Shown piece after piece: positions 26,695-37,495 of a stretch of DNA of 64,000 nucleotides. Positions within the stretch are counted from its first letter, which is position 1; every line of letters starts with the position of its first letter. The stretch spans positions 4,896,001 through 4,960,000 of the forward strand of contig CM000154.2 in NCBI GenBank assembly GCA_000004695.1, read 5' to 3'. Below the pieces are notes generated by a model. The model did no database searches, had not been told where the DNA came from, and saw nothing but the letters and a program-made list of their open reading frames with translations. Source of the stretch: Dictyostelium discoideum (Eukaryota). Both the position numbers and the translations under genes were made by a program.

Positions 26695-27511
26695 TTTTAT
26701 TTTTTTTTTTTAAGTAATGTTTTTCCAGACTAATTAAAAAAAAAAAAAAAAAAATGAAAATAAAAATAAAAATAAAACAAATAAAAAATAATAAAAATAA
26801 AAAAAAATAACAAAAAAAAAAAAAAAAAAAAAATCTTTTAAATGCCAACACCACAAAAAAAATTAGTCACATCAATACGAACACCCCAAAAAAAAAAAAA
26901 AACAATCAATTTAATCAAAAAAAAAAAGATTTTTTCAAAAAAAAATATCAAGTGAAAAGATAATTTTTTCATTTATTTTTGAACGGTTTTTTTTTTTTTT
27001 TTTTCGAAAAAGCCGATTAAAATAAATTGCAATGGAAGGGTGATGACATCATTAGCATTCGAAATACCAAACAATGAATTATTATTTTCATTTTATTTTA
27101 TTTTTTTTTTTTTTGTAAATTAGATCATTATTTGAAAATTATTATACTTTTTTTTTTTTTTTTTATTTTTGTTTTAGAAAAAAAAATTTAATAAAAAAAA
27201 AAAATGTTGTGAAAAATTAAAAAACGAATAAGATTTTTTTTTTTTTTTTTTTTTTTAAATGTAGTGTTTTAAAAAATATCTTTTAAACAGTGCATTTATA
27301 AAAATTTCGAAGCAAATTGGATTTTTTTTTTGGATGGTTATTTTTAGAATAATTCATAAATAAAAAATCATTAATAAAGATACATATTTATTTATAAGTA
27401 AGAAGTCAATATTAATCTTTATATATGTATGTAAAAATAAATAAAGACATTAGGTTTTATTTACTTTGTAGATTTTTATTTTTATTTTTATTTATATATT
27501 TATTTTTTGTT

Positions 27512-30500
27512 TTAATTTAATTGTTTTAATTTGCTTTGTATTTGTTGTTTAAACTTTTTGGATTTTTCATTTTTGATAAAAACATAAACAATAGAAATAA
27601 TAACAACTGCCACAAAACACACTGAACCAATTACAATTCCTGCAATTTTACTGGCTGATAATTCATTTGATTTTGAACAAATTGAATTCTCTCCTGATGC
27701 TGATTCGCTATCTAATAAAACAAAGAAATCTGGATCAATAATCACTTTATTTTTAAAATGTGGAATTTTAATTCCAATAAAAGTTTGAGTAGAGTGAGAT
27801 GTTGATTCAGCAATTGTATTTTGGAATTCATCTAACAATGTATTTTCAATACCAACAATATTGTCATCGACTACAGCCCTTTTAATGAATCTACCATACA
27901 TTGAATGATCTTGAACTTGAAGTTTAATGTAGTTAGAGTTGTCACCATTTGTAGTATCACCAAATTGTTTTAATGAACAAAAATCATCACTTTCATCTGT
28001 TGATAATATCGAAGCAAACATTACCAATTCTAGATTATTTAAAGCAGAGGAGAATACATAATTTTCAATTTCAATGGTAAATTTGACTGATGATGGATTC
28101 ATTTGGAGCTCTTGACCTGCAAATGTTATATTTTTGCTTGAATTAAACCATTGAATAATTGTTGTTATATTTGTGGTTTTAATGTCGTTACCATTTTGAG
28201 AAACTATTGATGTATTGTATCTACCAGTTGTTAAATCAATTTCATCAAATACCCATTTATCAAAAGGGAATGTTTTAATAACTTCACCTTTAAAACCTAA
28301 TTCTCTTATTGAAACTAAAGTTACCAATGATTTAAATAAAAATTCTGTTGAGTTTGTTTCTTGTCCACCACCACCACCTGGTATTGGAATTTCAACTGTT
28401 GGTCCTGAAGTATTTGTTTGTGGTGTTGGGATAATAATAATTTTTGAAGTACAATCAATTCCATACCAAGGAGAGTAACAAATGCATCCAAACCCACTTT
28501 GACAATAACCTTTGTTTTTTCCTCCACATTCTGGATTTCCTAAACATTTTTGAGGTGGATTTGTTGGTAATGGTGATATAGTTGGTTGTAAAGTTGGTTG
28601 TAAAGTTGGTTCTGGTGTATATGTTGGACCAGAATAATTAAAATTATAAACTATTGGATTAATTAAAAATTCATTTGATTTAATGTTAATTTGATTGGAA
28701 TCAAGTAATAATAATTTAAAAGGAATATCGATTAATGGTACCTCTGTTAATTTAATGAAACTTGAATAGGTTTTAGTTATTGTTTTTAAATTTATGTCAC
28801 TACCATTCGAAATATAAATAATCGCTGTATCAACTGTACGAAAGTTTTTACCAAAAATAAATAGAGTTGAATCTTTGTTTGTAAATTCTGAAACTGATGT
28901 TATTATTGGTATATTAAATGAAAAATCTGTAGAAACAAACCAATCTTGTTGTAATGGATTTAAATCCTTAATGTCTTTTGAAGAGAATCCACTATAGGTT
29001 CCTCTATTATTAATAAAGCCATAAACAGATATTAAGAAACCTTCAGGATATCCAAAACCTACTGGTACTTCTATTGTGCATGAAAAGGTTATAGTGGTCG
29101 TATTGGTAATTGTTGGTGTTGCTTGACATTGTTCCATTGCAAGTCGTTGTGGAACTAAATAAACTATTGGATTCTGTCCTTGTTTAAAACCGCTTTCTAA
29201 ATCTTGTGCTTGAAAAGTGAATGTTATTGATCTATCTAAAGAGCCTACATCCATTGAAGATCTCGAAGTTTTAAAGAATATTAAATTTGGAGGAGAACTA
29301 TCCAATTCGCCATTACAATAATAATTAAATATTAAGGGTGATGAATCATTAATGAAATGAATAAATGGATTACTAGTTGAATCAAAGAATTGAGAGTCCT
29401 CATAAAATTCTTGAACGAAATGTTTAACATATGTATTATTGTTACCATATGTATCGAATAAACTTGCTTGAGTTATTAAATAATCTTGAGTGATACAATT
29501 ACTAATTCCAATACCAAACTCCAATGGTATTATAATTTTGTAATCACCAATAATTTTATCACCACTTCCTTCTATTAAATTTGACATGCTTATTGTAATG
29601 TTGTAGAATGAAGAATCTAAAAGTCCTTTAACAATTAAAAAGCCATCTCTGAAACCGTTCACTTCATCTTGGATTGTATATACCCAACCATTCTGTTGTT
29701 TTATGATTTTGGTTACAATTGGTCCATAAATATCAACCTTAATTGAAGTTGCTCTTAATTGATATTCATTGGATAAATAATTACTATCAATTAAGTTTGT
29801 ATTATCAAGTACCAATGCATAACTTATATTTCCTGGTAGTGTATTTGCAGGTACTTTAAAGTTTACTCTAAATCTATTGGTTGTTTGGTCCCATACTGCA
29901 AATTTATAATTTGGATTTAAAATAGTAAATATACTATTTTCAAATCTAATATCTTTTAAAGATTTTTCATCAGTTAAATAAAAACCAATTGACAAATCTT
30001 TATAGTCTTCAATATTATTAAATGTAAAAAACATTATATTATCAACTGATTGGTCAGTGATATCAATGTCATTATATAAAAATGATACCTGAACTAAATC
30101 ATTTAAATAATTATAATCTATTAAAATAATATTAAAAAAATTATTAGAAATGAATTACAGTGGTTTTTTATGTGTAAAATTAATAGAACTTTCTTACTTT
30201 TTAAATTAATACTTGGATATGTAAGTTTTGAAAATTCATTACCAATTTGATAGACCGTGTCACCAAATTCATATGTACTTCGAGTATCTTTGGTGCCTAC
30301 AATTTTTATTGTATTTTTTATGCTAGCACTACTTAATTCAACAAAATCAAATTTTATTTCTGTAACAAACTCCCAAAAACCTTCAGAAGCGGTACCAGAA
30401 ACAAGCATACCATTATCCAAAACAATATACTTTGTTTCTTTAATTTCTAAAAATGAAACTGAAGATAAATTTGGTGAAACTGTACTTTTAATTCCAATTC

Positions 30501-31362
30501 GGTTTAAAAACTTTAGATTCCCGATATAAATTGATGTAAAATATTGGATTTCAAGTTTTCCAACATCGGTGTCGGGTAATATAATAAATGGTTCGAAATC
30601 CCCTCTCATTTTATGAGTACATCTTGGCATACATAAGTTTAAGATATTCAAAGGTGAAATTGACATTAAATCAGCTGGTAAAGAGAATCCAAATTTGACC
30701 ATTTCATTATTTCCTCCAATAAAGCCAAATGGAAAATCGGTAATAGTAAATGTTTGTTTATATTCTAATTGAAATGGATTAAAATCAAATTTAAATTCTG
30801 TTCCATTATACTCAGATGTAACCATTGCCATACCAACAGTTGAATTATCTTTGATAGAAGTTAACTTTGAGTTTGGTGTTTGTAATCTTGGGCTTTCTAT
30901 TTTTTTAATTTGAAATATTTACATATATATATATCAATTTTAATATTAATATATTTCGATTTTTTTTTTAAATATTTTAAGATTAAAAAAATTAAATCAA
31001 ATTTACCTGTTATATTAACAAAAAAATTGAAAAATTCTTTAAATGATGGTTGTGTTTCATTTTGTCCATATAATGAAAAGTCCATACCATTAGCCTTAAT
31101 TGGTAAACAGGTTGCAATAAATGTTAAATTATTTGGTTTACCTAAAATTGGTCTTGGTGTTGAATAATATCCTAAAGTACCCAACCTAAATACTGGATTT
31201 TGAAGATTTGATTTGATTCTAAACGATAAAAGTGAACTAAGTATATTTGAATATAAAACAAATTGTCCTAAAGGTGGATAAAGTTTTAAATCATAAATTT
31301 CATTCGTTACAATATTTCCTCCTTTTAAATTAAAATTAAAAATTTGTTAATAAATTATTAAT

Positions 31363-31398
<36 letters not shown>

Positions 31399-32142
31399 AC
31401 TATTTTTAAAAGGAACACTAATTTTTAAACTATTTGAAACTGAAAATGTAAAATCAATTGACCAAGTATTAAGATTTTGAAACAAATAGAAATTTTCATT
31501 ATAAACTATTCTGAATAAATTTCCACCCATTTTATATACCTTTACAATTTGTGAATCATATGTAAATTCAACATTTTCTGGCAAGTTTTTAATTTTTACA
31601 ACTGAAAAATATTTAAAAGTAGTACTCCATATAACATCTTGAATAATATCTACTGATAGAGTTGAAATATTTAACTCTTATTTTTTTTTTATTATAAAAA
31701 TATATATAAATAATAAAAAAAAAATTAGTAACATGATATTAAAAAATAAAAAATAAAAAAAATCATTACCTTTACAATCTAAATTTAAATCAAAATATCC
31801 TATTGATGGATCAATAACAGTACCACTATTTGCAACAAATTGGAAAAAACTGTTACCTCTTGGAGATTGAATATCAAATTCAAAAAGACTAAAAGAAGAA
31901 TTTGTCCATTGTATTAAACCTCCTATTAAAAAATCTACATCTCCCATAGTGTTAACCGTTTGACCTTGTAAACCCTCTACTAAAAAAAATTTAGTTGTTT
32001 TGCAAATATTTCCATCAACAACTGTAAAAGAAGAATTATTTGAAGGTGTGAGATCTGTAAATTTAAATTGTTGAGCATTCACATTTAATTTCATTATTAT
32101 TATTAATAAAATTAAAAAAAAAAAAAAAAAATTCCTTATCAT
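27512..32142 (-). CDS. Paralogue (copy B, about 1422 aa) of the preceding gene, with the identical 5-exon structure. Exons: complement(31770..32142, 31401..31676, 31007..31321, 30198..30896, 27512..30117).
   Basis: Exon lengths (373+276+315+699+2606) sum to 4269 = 3x1423, and the splice motifs match copy A. The last roughly 500 aa are about 98% identical to copy A, while exon 4 and the N-terminal third of exon 5 are only about 70-85% identical. The upstream region shares the motif aaaattagtcacat...aatcaat...aaaagattttttcaaaaaaaaatatcaa...ttttttcatttatttt with copy A. Confidence 0.65.
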
Positions 32143-32460
32143 TTTTTATTTGATTTTTTTTTTTTTTTTAGATTAATAAAAAAAAATAATAAAAAAAAAT
32201 AATCCAATTTTAGTTTTTTAGAAAAATATACCAAACATAAAAAAAAAAAAAAAATTAGTCACATAGATACATCACCCAAAAAAAAAAAAAAAATAATCAA
32301 TATCATTAAAAAAACAATTTTTGTTTTCATCACAAAAGATTTTTTTTCAAAAAAAAAAATATCAATAAATAAAAAGATATTTTTTCATTTATTTTCAAAA
32401 AAACAATTGTTTTTCATCACAAAAGATATTTTTTCATTTTTTTTTATTTTTTTTTATTTT

Positions 32461-32497
<37 letters not shown>

Positions 32498-32743
32498 AAA
32501 ACACTGATTCAAATAAATGGAAGATATTCGAAATAATATTTTTTTTTTTTTTTTTTTTTTTTTTTGATTGGCAAGTTAATCATTAAAAATTAAAATTATT
32601 TAAACTTAAATTAAGCTTAATAAAAAAAAAGAAATAAAAAAAATTTTTTTTTTTTTTTTTTTTTTTTTTCCTAAGAAAAAAAAAAAAAAAAGAAATTACA
32701 AATATTTAATTTATTATATATTATTTTTGATTTTTTAATTTTT

Positions 32744-34510
32744 TTAATTTATATAACCTTCAGTTCTTAAATGATTTAAAATTAAAAGGATTGCATCTTT
32801 TACTGAGGTATGAGTTGTATCAATTCTTAATTCTGGATTTTCTGGAGTTTCATATGGATCATCGATACCAGTGAAACCTTTGAGTTGACCACTTCTAACT
32901 TTAGCGTATAAACCTTTACGATCTCTTTTTTCACAAGTTTCAATTGGAGTTGAGATATGAATTTCAATGAAACCACCATTTGGAGTGATTAAATCACGAG
33001 CAAATTTACGAGCACCAGCATAAGGTGCGATTGGGGCACAAATTGCAATACCACCAGCTTTTGAAATTTCAGAGGCAACGAAACCAATACGTTTGATATT
33101 GAGATCACGATGTTCTTTACTGAAACCCAATTCACTTGAGAGGAATGTACGAACGACATCACCATCTAAAAGAGTTATTGAACGACTACCATCTTCAAGG
33201 AGTGCTTCATTTAATGCATTTGCGATTGTACTTTTACCACTACCACTGAAACCTGTAAAGAAAACTGTAAAACCTTGTTTTGAACGTGGTGGACATGAAT
33301 CCCTTAAAATTTTAACCACCTTTTCATAGGTGAACCAATTTGGAATTTCACCACCAGTACGAAGGAGATGACGTAATTTTGTGCCAGAGATATTTGCAGT
33401 TTCTAAACCCTCTGGAACTTCATCGACTGGATAATATTTATCGTGTGCTGGTACGTAAACCATCATTTGGAATGGAAGGATTTTAATTGATAAACGATTG
33501 GCTAATTTAAGTGCCAATTCTTGAGCTTCGTATGGTTGATAAAATAGGTTGCCTTGTTTGTCCTCACCTGGACCTGCATGATCTCTACCAACGATGAAAT
33601 GATTACAACCGAAATTCTTTCTAATAATTGCGTGCCAAACTGCCTCTCTTGGTCCACCCATTCTCATGGCCAATGGCAAGAGTGAGAGTGTTGCCAATCC
33701 CTCTGGATAGGAGTCCATGATCTCTTTATAACATTTAACACGTGTGTGGTAATCGATATCGCCTGGTTTGGTCATGCCAACTACTGGTTGAATTAAAAGG
33801 TGACAATTTGCATTCAACTCGGCTGCTCTAACTGTAAGTTCTCTGTGTGCTCTATGCATTGGATTACGAGTTTGGAAGGCGATAACGTTCTCCCAACCTT
33901 TGGTTTTAAATAATTCTCTCACTTGAATTGGTGTACGACGGAGACCGTTGTAATCGTAGTGTACTGGTAATTGGGCACCCTCAAGCTTGCCGCTTACATA
34001 GTACTCTTTGGTATTGAAAATTGTGGAAACACCTGGATGGTATGGGTCAATGGATCCCATTGTCTTTTTGGCTTCGTTCTCTTTATTTGGTGTATAATAA
34101 TTTGAAACGGTTAAAACTGCTATTAAATTTCCCTCTTCATCACGTAATGCCATTTGTTTACTATCGGTTGCTAAAACTGTATCCAAGCATTCCTTGCTTA
34201 TATCCAATACTATTGGCATTGGGAATAATAATCCCTCATCTTTATCACCATCGATTGTCATGGTTTCAACAACATTATTATAGATGGTTTCGTCCATAAA
34301 TGTACTCAATGGTGAGAAACCACCATTCATCAATAATTCTATATCACATAATTGCTTCTTTGTTAATAATAAACTTGGTAATGAAATTGATCTTTGTTTT
34401 AATTCTACTAATTCTTCTCCTTCTAAAATTAAATTTATTAATTCTCCGCCATGTGGGATTGAACCATAAAGTTTGGAATTATTTGTTGTTAAAATATCTG
34501 GTGATACCAT
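32744..34510 (-). CDS. Bifunctional sulfate adenylyltransferase (ATP sulfurylase) with a C-terminal APS kinase domain, fungal Met3-like domain order. 588 aa, single exon.
   Basis: ATP-sulfurylase motifs QTRNPMHRAHRELT and GRDHAG, and a PUA-like N-terminus. The C-terminal segment GFTVFFTGFSGSGKSTIANAL...DGDVVR...KRIGFVASEISKAGGIAICAPIAPY is APS-kinase-like with an intact P-loop. Confidence 0.85.
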   Translation of the reverse strand: MVSPDILTTNNSKLYGSIPHGGELINLILEGEELVELKQRSISLPSLLLTKKQLCDIELLMNGGFSPLSTFMDETIYNNVVETMTIDGDKDEGLLFPMPIVLDISKECLDTVLATDSKQMALRDEEGNLIAVLTVSNYYTPNKENEAKKTMGSIDPYHPGVSTIFNTKEYYVSGKLEGAQLPVHYDYNGLRRTPIQVRELFKTKGWENVIAFQTRNPMHRAHRELTVRAAELNANCHLLIQPVVGMTKPGDIDYHTRVKCYKEIMDSYPEGLATLSLLPLAMRMGGPREAVWHAIIRKNFGCNHFIVGRDHAGPGEDKQGNLFYQPYEAQELALKLANRLSIKILPFQMMVYVPAHDKYYPVDEVPEGLETANISGTKLRHLLRTGGEIPNWFTYEKVVKILRDSCPPRSKQGFTVFFTGFSGSGKSTIANALNEALLEDGSRSITLLDGDVVRTFLSSELGFSKEHRDLNIKRIGFVASEISKAGGIAICAPIAPYAGARKFARDLITPNGGFIEIHISTPIETCEKRDRKGLYAKVRSGQLKGFTGIDDPYETPENPELRIDTTHTSVKDAILLILNHLRTEGYIN

Positions 34511-34749
34511 TTTTTAAATTTCTATTTATATATAATTTTACAAAAAAAAAAAAAAAAAAAAAATATATTTAATTTTACAAAAACAAAATAAAATGTTTAA
34601 ATAATTTAATTTAAAAATTAAGAGAAAGGAAATAAAGAATTTGCTTAAAAAAAAAAAAAAAAGGAATCGTTTTGGGAGAAAAAAAAAATAAAAAAAAAAA
34701 AAATATAAAAAAAATTTAAAAAAAATAAAAAAAATTAGTTTTGAAAATA

Positions 34750-34784
<35 letters not shown>

Positions 34785-35619
34785 CAACGTTGTCAGTTTT
34801 ATAAAAGTTGAAGAAAAAATTTAATTGTGACATAATTACTTTTTGAAAATTAAAATGATTTTTCGTTTTTTGAAAACTGCAAATTTTTAAGATTCTTTTT
34901 TAGAATTGTGTGTTAACCCGACCTGGGTTTTTTTTTTGATGTGAAAAAAAAAAAAAATAAAAAAAAATAAAAAAATAAAAATAAATAAAATAAAAATAAA
35001 AAAAATTTAATAAATAAAAATAAAATTAAAAGTTGATATAATACAATAAAATGTTGACTATGTGGAAATAAAAAAAAAAAAAAAAAAAAGTTTAAATATA
35101 AAAAATAATGTTAAAAAAAAAAAAAAAAGTGTAAAAAAAATCAAAAAGAAATTAATAAAAACAGATAATTATTATTATTTTATTTTTTTTTTTTTTATTT
35201 TATTTTATTTTATTTTATTTTATTTTTTTTTGTTCAATGGTGTGTCGAGATAACATCTTAGTCTTTGTGATATGTATGAAAGTGTAAATATATGATTGAT
35301 TAACACACCTATGTCTTATTTTTATTTAAATTTTTTATTTTTTTATTTTTTTTTTAATTTTATTGGTTGGGTGGTATTTTTTTTTTTTTTTTTTTTTATT
35401 TTTTTTTAGCTTTTGTTTGACATTTAATCTTGATCAAGATAACATTATTAGAAAAAATAAAAAAAAATCTAATTTTAGTGATAATAAAAAAATAAAAATA
35501 AAAATAAAATGAATGAATGAATAATTTGCCATTTACTTTTAAAATTAAAAATAAAATAATAAAGTTATTTTAAAATTAATTATTTATTAATTAATTTTTA
35601 TTTATATGTATATATGTAT

Positions 35620-35941
35620 TTAAATTGCAGTAGTTCCATCACAGGGACATACTTTTTTATGATTTTGACCAATAGAAGCAGCTCTACTAATTATTCCACA
35701 TGCTACACGCTCACCTAAAATTTTATCGCTTTCACTATTTACAATATTTTTATTATTATTATTATTATTTAGATCTTCAATGGGAGAATATTTTGAATCT
35801 TGAGAATGTAATACAATTGAACGACCAATTAAATCCCAAAAATCATATTTATCTGATAAAACTCTAAACTCTGCTTTTCCATCTTGCTTAACATCTGATG
35901 TCCCAATAATTTTATTAAGAATTTCTTTACATTTATTTATA

Positions 35942-36027
<86 letters not shown>

Positions 36028-36570
36028 TTCAACATTTGATATAAATGGTTCACCAAGATCATCGCAACCATTCATTAAATTACCAAATTCGTGAACTACT
36101 AAAGAATGTTTACCAGGTTTCAAACCTGTTATTCTACCTTCAAATAAAGTTTTTGTTGTACTTGCTCTGAGTAATCTAATGACACCATAAACACCTTTAC
36201 TACCAACACCACCACTTCCTCCACAACCTTTTTGCCAATTTTCTATTAATCCTAATGAACATACAGCACTTCCTGATACTGTTTCTTGTTTTTTGTGGCA
36301 TGTTGATGATGATGGTGATGTTGATGTTGTTGTAGTTGTACTACTTAATCCACAAATTGTTGCATTTCTACCTGTATTTTTTATAGTTTCTAATATGTCT
36401 TGTGTTAAATCTGTGCCTTGAAGTACAATTCTTTGTTCTGGAATATCATGTTCTACGAGTTTAGTATTTTCAAGCTTTTCTCTTAATTCTTTACTAATTG
36501 AATCAACACAAGATTGACAACTTATATCAACATTTAATTCTACTTTTATCTCTAAATTCTTATCATCCAT
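35620..36570 (-). CDS. ccs: Copper chaperone for superoxide dismutase (CCS), 316 aa. It has an N-terminal HMA domain, a central SOD1-like domain (interrupted by a poly-Asn insert) and a C-terminal CXC motif.
   Basis: MxCxxC-type site CQSCVDSI. The SOD-like core is [19 protein letters not shown]...GRSIVLH...ERVACGII. The C-terminal KVCPCDG matches the CCS CXC copper-transfer motif. The (AAT)n tract at about 35941..36030 encodes the poly-N insert. Confidence 0.8.
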
Positions 36571-36901
36571 TTTGTTGGTTTTATATTTGTATGTATATGT
36601 ATATTTATTTTATGGGGGTTTTTTTTTTTATTTTTTTTATATTTTATCTCTTTTGGAAGGGAAAAATTAAAAAAATAAAAAATTAAAAAAAAAATAAAAA
36701 ATAAAAAATAAAAAAAAAAAAAAAAAAAAAAAAAAAATAAAAAAAAAAAAATAAAAAAACTTTTTCTTCTAATGGAAATAGAATAAGTCGACGTAATTAG
36801 TGATTATTATGAAATTTAATAAATTAATTTTTTTTTATAATTTTTTTTTTTTTTTTTTTGTAATTGACCTTTTTTTTTTTTAATATCTTTGTTTTTTGTT
36901 G

Positions 36902-36934
<33 letters not shown>

Positions 36935-37079
36935 ACCTATTTTGGTAATTAAAAAAAAAAAAAAAAAAAAAACAAAAGATATTAAAAAAAAAAAAAGTAT
37001 GGATAAATTAGTATATAATATAATCTATTTTGTTGTTTTTTTTTTTTATTTTCTTTTCTTTTTTTTTTTTTTTAAAGCA

Positions 37080-37495
37080 ATGTTTGATGAAGCTTGTGTT
37101 GATCAACTTATATTTTTTAAAATCATTTTTTTTTAAGCAATGTTTCTAAACTTTATCATCATCTGCCTGAGATTCCATCACTTCATCAATTTTATCGCCA
37201 GTGATTGAACCAGGTGGAGGTAGTGGCTTTACACACCTACCAATATCTCCATTCTCAATGTTTGGAAAGAATACTTTCTATTTTTAATAATGGTATTAGA
37301 ATTTAATGAATAAAAAGTAGTGTACAGTTTATATTTTTTAATTATTCTTATAAAACTTACGATAATTTCGGTAACATCATTATAAAATGAAGCTTGGTCA
37401 ATGTTATTAAACACTTGTATATTATTGATTGAATTCATTTTGTAATGACTAAATAGGCAAAATATAAGTTGATCAACACAAGCTTCATCAAACAT
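37080..37495. repeat. Perfect 35-bp inverted repeat with arms at 37080..37114 and 37461..37495, separated by 346 bp.
   Basis: The plus arm atgtttgatgaagcttgtgttgatcaacttatatt is the reverse complement of aatataagttgatcaacacaagcttcatcaaacat. One arm lies in the coding exon and the other 32 nt past the stop codon of the DNase II-like gene. Confidence 0.85.

Noticed and set aside
22030-32142. Two near-identical 840-aa ORFs plus matching smaller ORFs, considered as transposon copies.
   Set aside because: They encode a signal peptide, EGF-like module, TM helix and IPT-like folds, with conserved GT-AG introns and promoter motifs. This is a duplicated cellular gene, not a mobile element.
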